Assembly (NCBI GenBank): GCA_036517475.1
Contig: DATDVZ010000006.1
Location: forward strand, 8,226-72,225
Length of the DNA stretch: 64,000 bases
Direction of reading: 5' to 3'
Source: Minisyncoccota bacterium
GTDB lineage: Bacteria > Patescibacteriota > Minisyncoccia > Phycocordibacterales > Zambryskibacteraceae
Shown: positions 17,668 to 27,295 of the stretch, one piece after another
Numbering within the stretch: the first letter of the stretch is position 1
Layout of the letters: every line of letters starts with the position of its first letter
Translations under genes and position numbers: made by a program
The notes under the pieces: model-generated
The model's input: the letters and a program-made list of their open reading frames with translations, nothing else
What the model was told of the DNA's origin: nothing
The model's database searches: none

Positions 17668-19464
17668 TTAATTTAAATACGAATCTTCTCTGTGTTCGTG
17701 ATACTGACGCCACAATTCCTGAAACTCTGGACAGTTGGTAAGTAATTCCTGAAGCGACCCTGAAGCAATAATCCTACCTTCACGGAACATATAAATAGTC
17801 CGGAATAACGGCAGTAGGTGTAGCCTGTGGACCGAAGAGATAATGGTCTTGTTCCGAAATTCGCGAAAGATGTTTCGGTAGACTCTCATCTCTGTCGCCG
17901 TATCGAGGCTCGATGTAGGCTCATCAAGAAGCACTATATCCTTATCGTGACAAGCAAGAAGCCCTCGAGCTAGCGCCAGACGCTGTTGCTGGCCCCCAGA
18001 GAGGTTAACTCCTTTTTCCTTAATTGATGAATGAAACTTTTTTGGCAATGCTTCCGCAACATCAGTGAAGCATGCCATATCGGTGAAATGGCGCACGAAA
18101 TCGATTTCATGATCTGCTCCCAAAGTAATATTTTCCAATATCGTGGTAGCAAAAATTTCCGGATTCTGAGGTATTAGCGCAATTGCTCTACTGATCCCCT
18201 TAAAACCATCAGTAATAATTTGACCGTCTACACTGAGACTAATAGTTCGTGGATGATAGATATCTCTAACGATGTTGAATAATGTAGATTTACCGCCTCC
18301 CGATTCACCGACGAGAGCTATCCGAGCGCCGCGTTCCATCAACATTGATACGTTCTCGAGGTGGAGATTGTTTCTTCCATCGTTTTGATACGAGAAGTTA
18401 AGGCCTCCTACCTCCAAACGCTGCCAATTCTCGGGCAATACATGGTTAGTAAAGTTTTCTGTCCTAAAGTCCTTGGTGAGTTTCTCGGAATTTGTGATCA
18501 GTGTTTTACGTTTGAGTACTTCACTATACATTTGTGTGAACTGGAAAAAAATCTCACTAATACGATCAAGGTATTTAATGAGTAGAAATACACTTCCTAT
18601 CAAGACACCTTGAGCTGTACCGATGTTTTGCCAGAAATACACTGACATAACTACGATTACCATCACCGAGCAGCAAATGCTTGTAAGAAACCATTTCGTT
18701 TCACCCAAGCGTTGATTGTGCTTAAAGAGTTCAAACGGCTTCTCAACTTTCTTCATAATCGCACTGAAGACCAGTTTCTCAACACGCAGAATAATTACAG
18801 TCGTAATATTACTTACGGCGTCAAACACGCTCTCCGAGATCTGATTCTCTGCACGATTAAGCTCTTCGTATTGGCTGACCATTACTTTGTCGAAGCGAAT
18901 TGTTATCCATGCTGAGATGAGAATCATCACTAGAACAATAAATGCTGCCGGCGGAGAAAAGTATGCAAGTATAAAGTAACTTACGACAAGTTGGACGATA
19001 GCGTAAATTATCTCGAAAGAGTCTCCAGAGAATGAGAATATCGCATTTGTCCCCTTTTCAATTTTGTCAATCGTATCCCCAGAATGATGATCCACATGCC
19101 ACTCCATCGGGAGTGTCATAACACCCTTCAGAAGAAATCGTCTGTAATTGAGCCGCACCTTGAAAGCATTGTAGCGTTCAATACAGCGCGCAGGTCCATG
19201 GAAAGACCAGAAGACAAGCTCAAAAAGAAGAGTCAACGAGAGGAGTCCGATCAGTACTCGAATGTTGCCAGTTGTTACTCCCTCTTTTTGGATTATGTTC
19301 ATAATCTTGGCTAATGCCAATGGGGGGCCAATAAGGTTGACGGTATTGGCCACAATAAACATGATCCAATACCACACCACCTTGCCCCGATTTCCCTCTG
19401 AATACCGCCAAGTTTTGCCAAACAGATAGAGAAGCGGATTGCGCCTCTCGCTTTGAGCCTTCAT
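17668..19464 (-). CDS. ABC transporter, fused permease/ATP-binding exporter (MsbA/MdlB type)
   Basis: Six-TM N-terminal half, then Walker A GESGGGKST, signature LSGGQQQRLALARGLL and Walker B ILLDEPTSSLD. Confidence 0.85.
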   Translation of the reverse strand: MKAQSERRNPLLYLFGKTWRYSEGNRGKVVWYWIMFIVANTVNLIGPPLALAKIMNIIQKEGVTTGNIRVLIGLLSLTLLFELVFWSFHGPARCIERYNAFKVRLNYRRFLLKGVMTLPMEWHVDHHSGDTIDKIEKGTNAIFSFSGDSFEIIYAIVQLVVSYFILAYFSPPAAFIVLVMILISAWITIRFDKVMVSQYEELNRAENQISESVFDAVSNITTVIILRVEKLVFSAIMKKVEKPFELFKHNQRLGETKWFLTSICCSVMVIVVMSVYFWQNIGTAQGVLIGSVFLLIKYLDRISEIFFQFTQMYSEVLKRKTLITNSEKLTKDFRTENFTNHVLPENWQRLEVGGLNFSYQNDGRNNLHLENVSMLMERGARIALVGESGGGKSTLFNIVRDIYHPRTISLSVDGQIITDGFKGISRAIALIPQNPEIFATTILENITLGADHEIDFVRHFTDMACFTDVAEALPKKFHSSIKEKGVNLSGGQQQRLALARGLLACHDKDIVLLDEPTSSLDTATEMRVYRNIFREFRNKTIISSVHRLHLLPLFRTIYMFREGRIIASGSLQELLTNCPEFQELWRQYHEHREDSYLN

Positions 19465-19856
19465 CAGTTTCTCCTTGTCTGTGAGTTTATGAGTTTGTGT
19501 GAAAGAACATTAAAGAACTATACAGCGTGCCTCGGCACGCTGTTTCAAAAACTCGATTAAGTAGAGATAATCAAATACTTAAAACAAAATGCCACTCTGA
19601 TATATAAGATACACCAAGAGTAACCGCTCTGCTGGGCGCGGTTTTGAATATATTTTTTTGTGACATGATTAGATTCATGTATTGAAACGATACCATGTAT
19701 TAGAAAATATTGCAAGTACTGTAAATCCCATATCAAAATTTTTGAAATTTTAAAAAATATAGTGTTATATTATTGAAATTAATGGAGGGGTGGCCCAAAA
19801 AACTTTACTGTCGTAAAGTTAATGGGTAAACAGAGTGATCTCGTGATAATTGCGGA

Positions 19857-19946
19857 GGAGGAGTGCGAGAGTGGTTGAATCGGCGTCCCTGGAAAGGACG
19901 TATACCGGAAACGGTATCAAGGGTTCGAATCCCTTCTCCTCCGCCA
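19857..19946 (+). tRNA. tRNA-Ser (anticodon GGA) with long variable arm and encoded CCA
   Basis: Manually folded. Acceptor GGAGGAG/CUCCUCC, D-stem CGA/UCG (3 bp, Ser-type), anticodon stem CGUCC/GGACG with loop CUGGAAA, variable hairpin AUACCG-GAAA-CGGUAU, T arm AAGGG-UUCGAAU-CCCUU, discriminator G, CCA. Confidence 0.8.
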
Positions 19947-20095
19947 TGTTCGGGAGAATCCATGCCCGTTCATCCCGCTAAGCGGGATATTTCGGGTCTC
20001 ACCCCCCAGCATGTTTCGGGACGAATCTTTCACCCTCCGCCATGAACATGAGAATCGTTGCCCGTTCATTTCGTATCGCGAAATGTTTCAGGTTT
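19938..20095 (+). repeat. Tandem duplication of the tRNA-Ser 3' end plus downstream flank (two roughly 95-bp units, about 70% identical); att-like remnant
   Basis: Unit 1 at 19938-20030 starts cctccgccatgttcgggagaatccatgcccgttcat. Unit 2 at 20034-20095 starts cctccgccatgaacatgagaatcgttgcccgttcat. A third cctccgccatg lies at 23048-23058, downstream of the 942-aa gene. Confidence 0.6.
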
Positions 20096-20190
20096 TACTA
20101 TTGCAAGCTAGAAATTTACAAATGCGGATAGTTTATCTCGTTAAAAATTAATAATGTTAAAATATTGCATATATCTAACTAATTCTATTT

Positions 20191-23019
20191 ATGGAAAGTG
20201 GATATTTTTATTCAAAATCAACCGGACTCTATGTAGCGCGAGGCCCACTGCGAATTGACGCCAGAGTTATTGCGGCAGCATCTCAGTGCGGAGTTAAACT
20301 TCATTGGGATGATGAGGGAAGAATTAATAATCTTGACTTCCTAGAGTCTGTACAATTACTCAAAAGTTTTGGCGCAACAATGATGAGTGTAAAAGAGTAC
20401 TGGCTTATAATGGCCGAAGTCCGAGCCGCTAATGAAGTTGAACTCTTAACTCAATTGCAATCTGACCGTTATGCCGAATGGCTTAACAGTGTTTTTGAAA
20501 ATAAAGAGTCAGTTATTGAGGATATTGAGGTAATAAATAAAGAAGGAAAAAATACTTATAGCGGAAAAAGAAAATGGGTTCAAATGCCTTACGGACATCC
20601 CGGCTGGTTCAATACAGATGAAATTGATTTAGATACCGGACTTCCGAAAAGAGTGGAGTTAAACAGGGAAAAACACGCTACAACATGGAAATATTGGTCG
20701 TTTTGCGATTACGATTATGTAGCGGCAGGCGTCAGAGGATGGGTTACTTCTGTCGGCAAACCTTCTTTGGACTTAGGCATTCCGATAGACGCCCGCCAGC
20801 CGAATTTATTAATAAGAGAATGCCGGAAAGCGCCGCTTGAAGAGAGTATTGATCCCGATATAACAAAAAAGGCAGAGATATTGATCTCGCGATTTAAAAA
20901 TATCGTAGAGACCGGAGAGTATGAATCTTTTTATAAGTCGCGTTCAGAATTTTTGCTTTTTATAAAGAATTACGGATATTTATTTTCCAGATCACAGGAA
21001 ACTAAAATATATAAAATAAGGGAGAAACTGGTTGAAATTGCCGGGCTAATCACACTCCTTGCCAGAAAAGAGGATAAAAGTGAAGAGTTTTTGGAAATAC
21101 AGGACATTGCCAGAAAAAGCTGGGGGATTGATTCAGATATTACTTATGAGGATTTTGCCACATTTGTAATGACGAGCAGGCAGAGGTTGGAGGAGGCCTT
21201 GTGCAAGACTTATCCGATTGTCTTTGTTATCGGACATAAAAATCCTGATACGGACGCGGTAGTAAGTTGTCTTTTTGAAGCATATAGGAATCATATCGCT
21301 GACGGAAAAAGAGTTGTCTTTGTGCCGGTTGTAGAGGGATATAAAATGCCATTAGAAATTTCAAGACTTCTGGGCGAGAAGTTGACCGCGAGAATAGTTT
21401 TTACCGGAGAAAAACTCTATCAAAATATTTTGCATTTAGGTCAGGCCAGATGGATAATGACTGACCATAGTTTGAATCCATTGATACAAAAATTTGTTAT
21501 TTCAATAGTTGATCACCATATCCCCTCGGCTATTGCTCTGAGACAAGAGATACCGAAAACAATTGAATTTATTGGCTCAACGTCAGCTTTGATTGTGGAG
21601 CGTATCTATGGCCTTGGCCTCACTATCCCAGGCGATTTAGCCAGAATACTCTACGGGGCAACACTAATGGACACGGAGAACCGCTCCCCATATAAAATGA
21701 CACAAAGGGACGTCTTAATCATGGATGATCTGAAAAATATCGCGGAGGTTCAAAGCGACGGAGAATTTTTCCACGATTTGATGAGCAAATTACTTAATAG
21801 TGACGACGCTGAAGATTTGTTTGCGCGTGATTACAAAGAAGATTGGCAATTTTTCGGCTTCGCCGTCGCAAAAGTCAAACACTTTTTTGACAGCAGAGGG
21901 TCTGTTCTTAAACCAGAACTTGCGGATAATCTTGTCAAACTTGCTCATAGAAATAATGCGGACAAGAACTTGCCTCTGACGCTCATTAAACTTGTTGATT
22001 ATCTTGATGATAACAGCACTATAAACCGCGAGAGAGTATATCTCATATTCAATGAAAACATTTTCAGAGAATTCAATGAAACGATGTTTACTTTACTCAA
22101 AACTATCATTCACAGCACTTTCAAAGGAAAGGAATCCATGTCAGTAACGAGGGAGTATATTGAGTTTTGGGGAGTAGGCGATCAGTTGTCACGAAAGCGC
22201 GTTGTCCCGCTTTTTGATCCTGTGGCTACGGCTTTCAACAGATTTTTCTTCTCACCCGCGTCCGGCTTATACGCAAAGAGAGAGTTTTTAAAAAATACCA
22301 AAAGAGTAAGAGATGCTGCGCTATCACTTGGGATCAAACTATCATCGGATAACCAGGAAAGAATAAACCATGTTACCTATGGAGAGGCTATTAGACTTCT
22401 TGATGAGCTCGGATTTGAAGCGATGAGTCTGCCGGAATATTGGAATGTCTACAATGACGCAAAAAGTGTTTCCGACAACCAGATGCTCGGCCAACTCAAA
22501 AGTGACGGGTTTGTTGAGTTTCTTCACACAATAATTGAGGAGAATAATTCACTGACCCACAAGCCTGAAATTATTCGCGGCAAAACAAGTTTTGTTTATG
22601 AAGACTCTGTTGTTGAAATTGAATACAATTATCAAGGGGAGAAAAGCGAGGTCAAAATCCCAGAGGGCAAACCGGGCCTTTTTTCTCCAAGCGATGTTTA
22701 CCCGGAGACAGGACTACCTGCAAATGTAAAGTCGCCAAACATTTATAATGACCCGACACTTTGGCGTTACTGGTCGCCAGACGCGTCAATAAATGTTGCA
22801 ACTCGGGGGTATATATTTCTGCTCGGTCAACCAGCACTGGATCTAAAAGTGCATTTGTCAGAGGCTTTTCAGTGTCTTGGGATAAGACCGTGCTGTAAAA
22901 AAGTTGAGTTGCCAGAAGTAGAAATATCCGCTAACAGTAGCGGGGTATCGCTAACTATTTGGGAGGAGGGAGAAAAATTTAGTATCCGTGAGGCTGATCT
23001 TTTTAAAAACCTTGGTTAA
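20191..23019 (+). CDS. Large multidomain protein (942 aa): a central DHH-family phosphoesterase domain flanked by two copies of an uncharacterised roughly 200-aa domain
   Basis: DHH motifs I (GHKNPDTDAVVS), III (IVDHH) and IV (GSTSALIV). The N-terminal region (about 10-210) and the C-terminal region (about 690-900) are clearly homologous (GHPGWFNTDEIDLDTGLPKRVE vs GKPGLFSPSDVYPETGLPANVK; TWKYWS vs LWRYWS; PSLDLGI vs PALDLKV). Confidence 0.7.
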   Translation: MESGYFYSKSTGLYVARGPLRIDARVIAAASQCGVKLHWDDEGRINNLDFLESVQLLKSFGATMMSVKEYWLIMAEVRAANEVELLTQLQSDRYAEWLNSVFENKESVIEDIEVINKEGKNTYSGKRKWVQMPYGHPGWFNTDEIDLDTGLPKRVELNREKHATTWKYWSFCDYDYVAAGVRGWVTSVGKPSLDLGIPIDARQPNLLIRECRKAPLEESIDPDITKKAEILISRFKNIVETGEYESFYKSRSEFLLFIKNYGYLFSRSQETKIYKIREKLVEIAGLITLLARKEDKSEEFLEIQDIARKSWGIDSDITYEDFATFVMTSRQRLEEALCKTYPIVFVIGHKNPDTDAVVSCLFEAYRNHIADGKRVVFVPVVEGYKMPLEISRLLGEKLTARIVFTGEKLYQNILHLGQARWIMTDHSLNPLIQKFVISIVDHHIPSAIALRQEIPKTIEFIGSTSALIVERIYGLGLTIPGDLARILYGATLMDTENRSPYKMTQRDVLIMDDLKNIAEVQSDGEFFHDLMSKLLNSDDAEDLFARDYKEDWQFFGFAVAKVKHFFDSRGSVLKPELADNLVKLAHRNNADKNLPLTLIKLVDYLDDNSTINRERVYLIFNENIFREFNETMFTLLKTIIHSTFKGKESMSVTREYIEFWGVGDQLSRKRVVPLFDPVATAFNRFFFSPASGLYAKREFLKNTKRVRDAALSLGIKLSSDNQERINHVTYGEAIRLLDELGFEAMSLPEYWNVYNDAKSVSDNQMLGQLKSDGFVEFLHTIIEENNSLTHKPEIIRGKTSFVYEDSVVEIEYNYQGEKSEVKIPEGKPGLFSPSDVYPETGLPANVKSPNIYNDPTLWRYWSPDASINVATRGYIFLLGQPALDLKVHLSEAFQCLGIRPCCKKVELPEVEISANSSGVSLTIWEEGEKFSIREADLFKNLG

Positions 23020-23121
23020 GTATTTTTAATTAAATATTTCGGGTCCCCCTCCGCCATGTTTCCTGTCTCACACTTCTCCACAAAAAATGTGGAAGTAACC
23101 AGAATACTTTATTAAAAACTT

Positions 23122-23478
23122 ATGACTTATAAACAAAAAGCTGGTCTTGTAGCATGGATGCATCTTTTCTATATTTTGATTGTAATAGTCAGCCTGCCTC
23201 TGCTTTTTTTAATTTCTTGGTGGTATAAAGTTGCTCTTGTGCTCGCAATTTCAACTTTTTTGTCATGGATCCCTTTTAAGGGGTATTGCTGGATAACTAG
23301 GCTGGAAAATAAATTCCTCAAACAATATAATCCAGATTCTTCATACAATAATGGTTTTATAGAACATTATTCAAAAAAGTTTTTTAATACAAATTTTTCA
23401 CCAGTTACACTTATAGTAATACTTGATTCGTATTTACTTTCTCTTTTCATATTATCCTTACTTAATTTTCTGTATTAG
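23122..23478 (+). CDS. Hypothetical small membrane protein
   Basis: 118 aa, 3-4 predicted TM helices. Confidence 0.45.
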   Translation: MTYKQKAGLVAWMHLFYILIVIVSLPLLFLISWWYKVALVLAISTFLSWIPFKGYCWITRLENKFLKQYNPDSSYNNGFIEHYSKKFFNTNFSPVTLIVILDSYLLSLFILSLLNFLY

Positions 23479-23489
23479 CTCATAAAATT

Positions 23490-24857
23490 TTAGACCTGAT
23501 TGTTTGCATTTTTGTTTCCCCCATCAAGTGCCGCCCTTGCGACTTCTTTATACCTCTGTTCAAGCCCACCATCATCAGCAATGCTTTTTAAAGTTTGATT
23601 ACTTACATTTCGGTTGCGAGCAATGATTCTTAATAAATAACCATAACCTCTTTCTTTTGCTTGGCCTGTGCCAAAATTATGTAAAGTTTTGGGACTACAA
23701 AGAGGACTGCAAACTATTGAGCCTATTGTTGCCCAATCAGTTGAGTTTTTATATTTTTTTTCAAAATTTTCAAATAATTCTTTTTGTTTAGACTCACTTG
23801 CACCCCAAATTAAAGCGATGTTAATCAATGGGTCATCTGAAATAAGTTTTGATCTGACAGATTTAGAAGTATTACTATCATAGGCACTTATAAACTTATT
23901 TATCCAATTACCACCCTTAACTTGGTTTGTACGTTCAATAAAATCCAACCACACAAGTTCTATAATTTTTTTTATTGCATCTCTGTGCATTTCAAAATTT
24001 TCTCTTGTTACCAACGGGCTTGGGTATCCTATTTTAGTTAACCTGTGTAATGTTTTATCATCTAAAAAAGTTAACCCATTATCAGAAGTTCCGTCGTTTA
24101 TCTTTAAGACATCAGATCTAAAATTTATATAAAAATTTATCGCTTTTATAACTCTTTCTAATTCTTTTTTTGTAATTATTCCCTTACCTTCTAATTTTTT
24201 TAAACCAGTTTTAACCCGCGGTTCATATTTAATAGAATCATTATTCCTATCAAGCATTTTAATATATCTCTCATACCAAGATACAAACAACAAATCTCTG
24301 GTCCCCCCATGACAGTATTTTATATTTAGGGCATTATCCCGTACCCTTTGTCTAAAATACTGGTTCAAATAGAATCTGTTAAATATAAAATTTTTTTGTT
24401 CTCTCTCAATAGAGTTGAATTTAATTTTCTGCAACTCAAACTTTTTATGTACATTTTTATTGCCAATAATAAATCTTGTTTCTAAGATCTGATTTCCTTC
24501 AATTAGACTCTTCTTGAGGTACGTCTCTACTTCGTCAAAAGTGCCCCATGGAGGCAAATCTACTTTAGAAAAATTGAACTTATCTAACTTCCTTGTAAGT
24601 AACTCTCTAAATTTTTCTGATTCAACTGATCTTCTCTTCTCAACTAAAAAAATATCTGCATCGGATTCTCTTCCAACCAATTCGATTCTACCTGGTGAAC
24701 CATACGTATAAAGAGCGAGACCTGATGGATTTTGCTTGTTAAAAATCTCTTTTGCAGTTGTCTTGTAGGCATTTTTAACTAGGATATCAAATTTTTGAGT
24801 ATCTTTGAGTGCCCTTTCTAGACCATTAAACTTGTTGAGATTAATACTTTTTTTCAT
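23490..24857 (-). CDS. GlnD/DUF294-type nucleotidyltransferase (pol-beta superfamily) with a C-terminal helical substrate-binding-like region
   Basis: YGSPGRIELVGRESDADIFLV matches the GS-x9-13-SDxD nucleotidyltransferase motif of the GlnD/GlnE/DUF294 group. 455 aa. Its start is separated by one base from the stop of the kinase gene upstream (operon). Confidence 0.55.
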   Translation of the reverse strand: MKKSINLNKFNGLERALKDTQKFDILVKNAYKTTAKEIFNKQNPSGLALYTYGSPGRIELVGRESDADIFLVEKRRSVESEKFRELLTRKLDKFNFSKVDLPPWGTFDEVETYLKKSLIEGNQILETRFIIGNKNVHKKFELQKIKFNSIEREQKNFIFNRFYLNQYFRQRVRDNALNIKYCHGGTRDLLFVSWYERYIKMLDRNNDSIKYEPRVKTGLKKLEGKGIITKKELERVIKAINFYINFRSDVLKINDGTSDNGLTFLDDKTLHRLTKIGYPSPLVTRENFEMHRDAIKKIIELVWLDFIERTNQVKGGNWINKFISAYDSNTSKSVRSKLISDDPLINIALIWGASESKQKELFENFEKKYKNSTDWATIGSIVCSPLCSPKTLHNFGTGQAKERGYGYLLRIIARNRNVSNQTLKSIADDGGLEQRYKEVARAALDGGNKNANNQV

Positions 24858-24858
24858 T

Positions 24859-25500
24859 CTAAAGTCCTAGTTTGTTTTTGGCAATCTCAAACATCTCGTC
24901 TTCAGTACCCTCGTGGTCAATTAGATAAAGTTCGGGATGTTTTTGCGCTAACTCAATATATAATTTTCTTCGTCTCTCGATTTTCGCCAAAATTTCATCT
25001 ATCGTATAATTATTATAATATTTTTTATCATCTCTAACTTTTGCTCTACAAAGAACGGTTTCTGCCGAGCACAATAAGATTACTCCAAAATTCGGCTTTA
25101 TCGCTCCACTAGCTAAGTTAATATTAATAATATTATCAACAGAAAAATTTTTATTTGCCTGATATATTGCTGAGGTGTAAAAACATCTATCAAAAATTAA
25201 ATAATCTATCTTACCGATTAAAGGTAATAAATATTTTTCATGAACCTCACCTCTTGCTTTGGCTACATCTAATATAAATTCTTTAGAAAATTGTTCGTTA
25301 CGCCCCTCATTACTCCATTTGGAAATTATTTGCTTAAAAGACTCATAAGCTTTCTCATAAACAATCAGGTTAGTTTTATTTTTTTTATTAAGGAATTCTG
25401 AAATTTTGGCGACCAGAGTAGTTTTACCAGTGCTAGTCATTCCCTCAATACATATGACTTTTGTCATCATAATTGGACAGATACTATCAAAAAAGTTCAA
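24859..25500 (-). CDS. P-loop NMP kinase, thymidylate-kinase-like
   Basis: Walker A ICIEGMTSTGKTT and DRCFYTSAIYQ (the TMK DRY..S.AYQ motif). Co-operonic with the nucleotidyltransferase. Confidence 0.55.
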   Translation of the reverse strand: MNFFDSICPIMMTKVICIEGMTSTGKTTLVAKISEFLNKKNKTNLIVYEKAYESFKQIISKWSNEGRNEQFSKEFILDVAKARGEVHEKYLLPLIGKIDYLIFDRCFYTSAIYQANKNFSVDNIININLASGAIKPNFGVILLCSAETVLCRAKVRDDKKYYNNYTIDEILAKIERRRKLYIELAQKHPELYLIDHEGTEDEMFEIAKNKLGL

Positions 25501-25537
25501 ATAGAAAAGAGAGCGCTTATGCTATATTTTAAAGACT

Positions 25538-26125
25538 GTGATTAAAAAAATTGAAAATGTTGCTAAAAAATATTACAGCAAACTACCCTATCATAACTGG
25601 AATCATGCAAAAAAGGTCAGGAGTAATGCATTGGAATTAGTAGAAAGATGCAGAAAGTATAAAGTTCCTGTCGATTCTGAAGTCGTTGAAATAGCAGCTT
25701 TATTTCATGACGCGGGTTATGCTGACGTAAAAGAAAACAAGGAAGAACACAGTGCAAAAATCGCTAGAAAAGCGCTCAAAAAATATAAATATCCGGATTC
25801 AAAAATCAAAGCTGTAATAAATACAATTTTAGCAACCAAAAAAAACGGCCAATTAAAAACAAATGAACAAAAAATAATGCGCGCAGCAGATTTAAGATCT
25901 TTTACTTCAAGTTTTAAGGAATTTAAAAAAGCCAGTGATAAGATCCGTAGAGAATATAAAATACTTTATGGTAATAGTGATTTTCCGCTAAAGGGCTGGA
26001 CTGAGCTTGTCGACGCATATCTAAAACCGAAAATTAAACTCACTCCGGAATATTCTTCTGATAAATTTCACACCAAAGCCAAAAATAATATTAAAAGAAT
26101 TTTAAGAGAATATAAAAAGACCTGA
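25538..26125 (+). CDS. HD-domain metal-dependent phosphohydrolase
   Basis: HNWNH...LFHDAGY (H...HD motif). 195 aa. Divergent from the kinase gene with a 37-bp gap. Confidence 0.7.
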   Translation: MIKKIENVAKKYYSKLPYHNWNHAKKVRSNALELVERCRKYKVPVDSEVVEIAALFHDAGYADVKENKEEHSAKIARKALKKYKYPDSKIKAVINTILATKKNGQLKTNEQKIMRAADLRSFTSSFKEFKKASDKIRREYKILYGNSDFPLKGWTELVDAYLKPKIKLTPEYSSDKFHTKAKNNIKRILREYKKT

Positions 26126-26128
26126 TAA

Positions 26129-26722
26129 TTATTCAAGTTCAGAATATTTCACAAGTCTATTTCTTCCGGTTTCTTTTGCTCTGTACAATGCCTTATCAGC
26201 GCAGGCAACTATACCCTGGCAATTCATACCCGAAGTTGCTGTGGCTACCCCGATACTGGCCGTTACAGCTAAGTCAGACGAACTAAACTTTAAATTTTGA
26301 ATCTCCTGAAGCAATTCTTGCCCCTTCTTTGCTGCATCATCTTCATTGGCACCCAAGAGAGAAACTACAATCTCTTCTCCTCCCCATCTAGCTGCTGTGT
26401 CTCCACCTCGTAGGGAAATCATTATTGTCTCTGATACTTTTTTTAAAATCTCGTCTCCAACAGCATGTCCGAATTGATCATTAATTTTTTTAAAATGATC
26501 TAAATCAAAAAATAAAATGCTTAAATTTCTGAAACCAAACCACTCTTTTCGATTACTTTTATCTAAATTTGCAATAGCATCTAAATAAGTATCTATCTCC
26601 TCTTCAAAAAATTTTCGAGTTTTTAGTCCGGTGAGAGAATCGTGAATTAAATCTTTTTCCAGATTTTTAACTTGCTTTTCAAGTTCAGTAATTTTATTTT
26701 TTAATTCATCAACGTCAGACAT
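26129..26722 (-). CDS. GGDEF-domain diguanylate cyclase with an N-terminal coiled coil
   Basis: DSLTGLKTR, DLDHFKKINDQFGH, RWGGEEI (GGEEF active-site variant) and the KALYRAK motifs. 197 aa. Confidence 0.85.
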   Translation of the reverse strand: MSDVDELKNKITELEKQVKNLEKDLIHDSLTGLKTRKFFEEEIDTYLDAIANLDKSNRKEWFGFRNLSILFFDLDHFKKINDQFGHAVGDEILKKVSETIMISLRGGDTAARWGGEEIVVSLLGANEDDAAKKGQELLQEIQNLKFSSSDLAVTASIGVATATSGMNCQGIVACADKALYRAKETGRNRLVKYSELE

Positions 26723-26769
26723 CTCTTTTTATAAATTATACCATCATTTAATATGAATCTCTTTCTTAT

Positions 26770-26791
26770 CATCTACGCCATGGCGTAGATG
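26770..26791. promoter_or_regulatory. 22-bp perfect palindrome catctacgccatggcgtagatg (downstream copy), 3' of the Cas2-like gene
   Basis: Perfect inverted repeat with a central CCATGG. Identical to the copy at 27219-27240. Lies 25 nt after the stop of the 26817-27221 gene and about 48 nt before the GGDEF start. Confidence 0.6.
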
Positions 26792-26816
26792 AAGAACCAT
26801 ATATAATCAAACATGA

Positions 26817-27221
26817 TTACTTTATTTTCAATTTATAAGTCTTGAATGATTTTCCTAAACCAATTCTTTTCACATAATCAGTAAAATCTAGCGGCAAAGA
26901 TGGACCAACCCAGACACTCTTCTGAATCATGACAAAATCAAAGCTCTTAAGTTGACGGCGAAACCAATCTCGCTCTTTTTTCATTGTGTGAGGAACATCG
27001 TAAATAACTAATAAGTTTTTTGTAGAACCCTTCACATTATAATTTGTAAAAGAACGCAGATAATGCCGTCTTGAAATACTCTCGAGAACTCGCTTCCTTT
27101 TTTTAACCAAACTGAAAATATTTGGATCAGGTAGGTTAAAATTACCAAGGGGCACACCTTTGTAAGATTTTTTCCCTTTTTTCATAAATTTATTCTGTCC
27201 ATAAAATAATACTACTACCAT
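26817..27221 (-). CDS. Solo Cas2/VapD-fold endoribonuclease-like protein with a roughly 60-aa basic N-terminal extension
   Basis: LLVIYDVPHTMKKERDWFRRQLKSFDFVMIQKSVWV aligns well with the type II Cas2 core (e.g. [37 protein letters not shown]). No cas1 and no CRISPR array in the window. The start codon is the terminal triplet of the upstream palindrome. Confidence 0.45.
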   Translation of the reverse strand: MVVVLFYGQNKFMKKGKKSYKGVPLGNFNLPDPNIFSLVKKRKRVLESISRRHYLRSFTNYNVKGSTKNLLVIYDVPHTMKKERDWFRRQLKSFDFVMIQKSVWVGPSLPLDFTDYVKRIGLGKSFKTYKLKIK

Positions 27222-27240
27222 CTACGCCATGGCGTAGATG
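27219..27240. promoter_or_regulatory. 22-bp perfect palindrome catctacgccatggcgtagatg (upstream copy), overlapping the start codon of the Cas2-like gene
   Basis: Identical to 26770-26791. On the minus strand it is preceded by a TATAAT-like box about 7 nt upstream. Confidence 0.6.
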
Positions 27241-27255
27241 GTAAAATTATATTAT

Positions 27256-27295
27256 ATCAGTTATCAAGTTGATCAGTTATATGCAGATCAGTTAT
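27256..27295. promoter_or_regulatory. Three direct iterons ATCAGTTAT (spacing 16 and 15 bp) in the promoter region of the Cas2-like gene
   Basis: atcagttat at 27256, 27272 and 27287, immediately upstream (minus-strand sense) of the -10-like box and palindrome. Confidence 0.5.

Noticed and set aside
27256-27295. Possible mini CRISPR array next to the Cas2-like gene
   Set aside because: The repeats are only 9 bp with 6-7 bp spacers, there are only three units, and no cas1 is present. I interpret them as promoter iterons.
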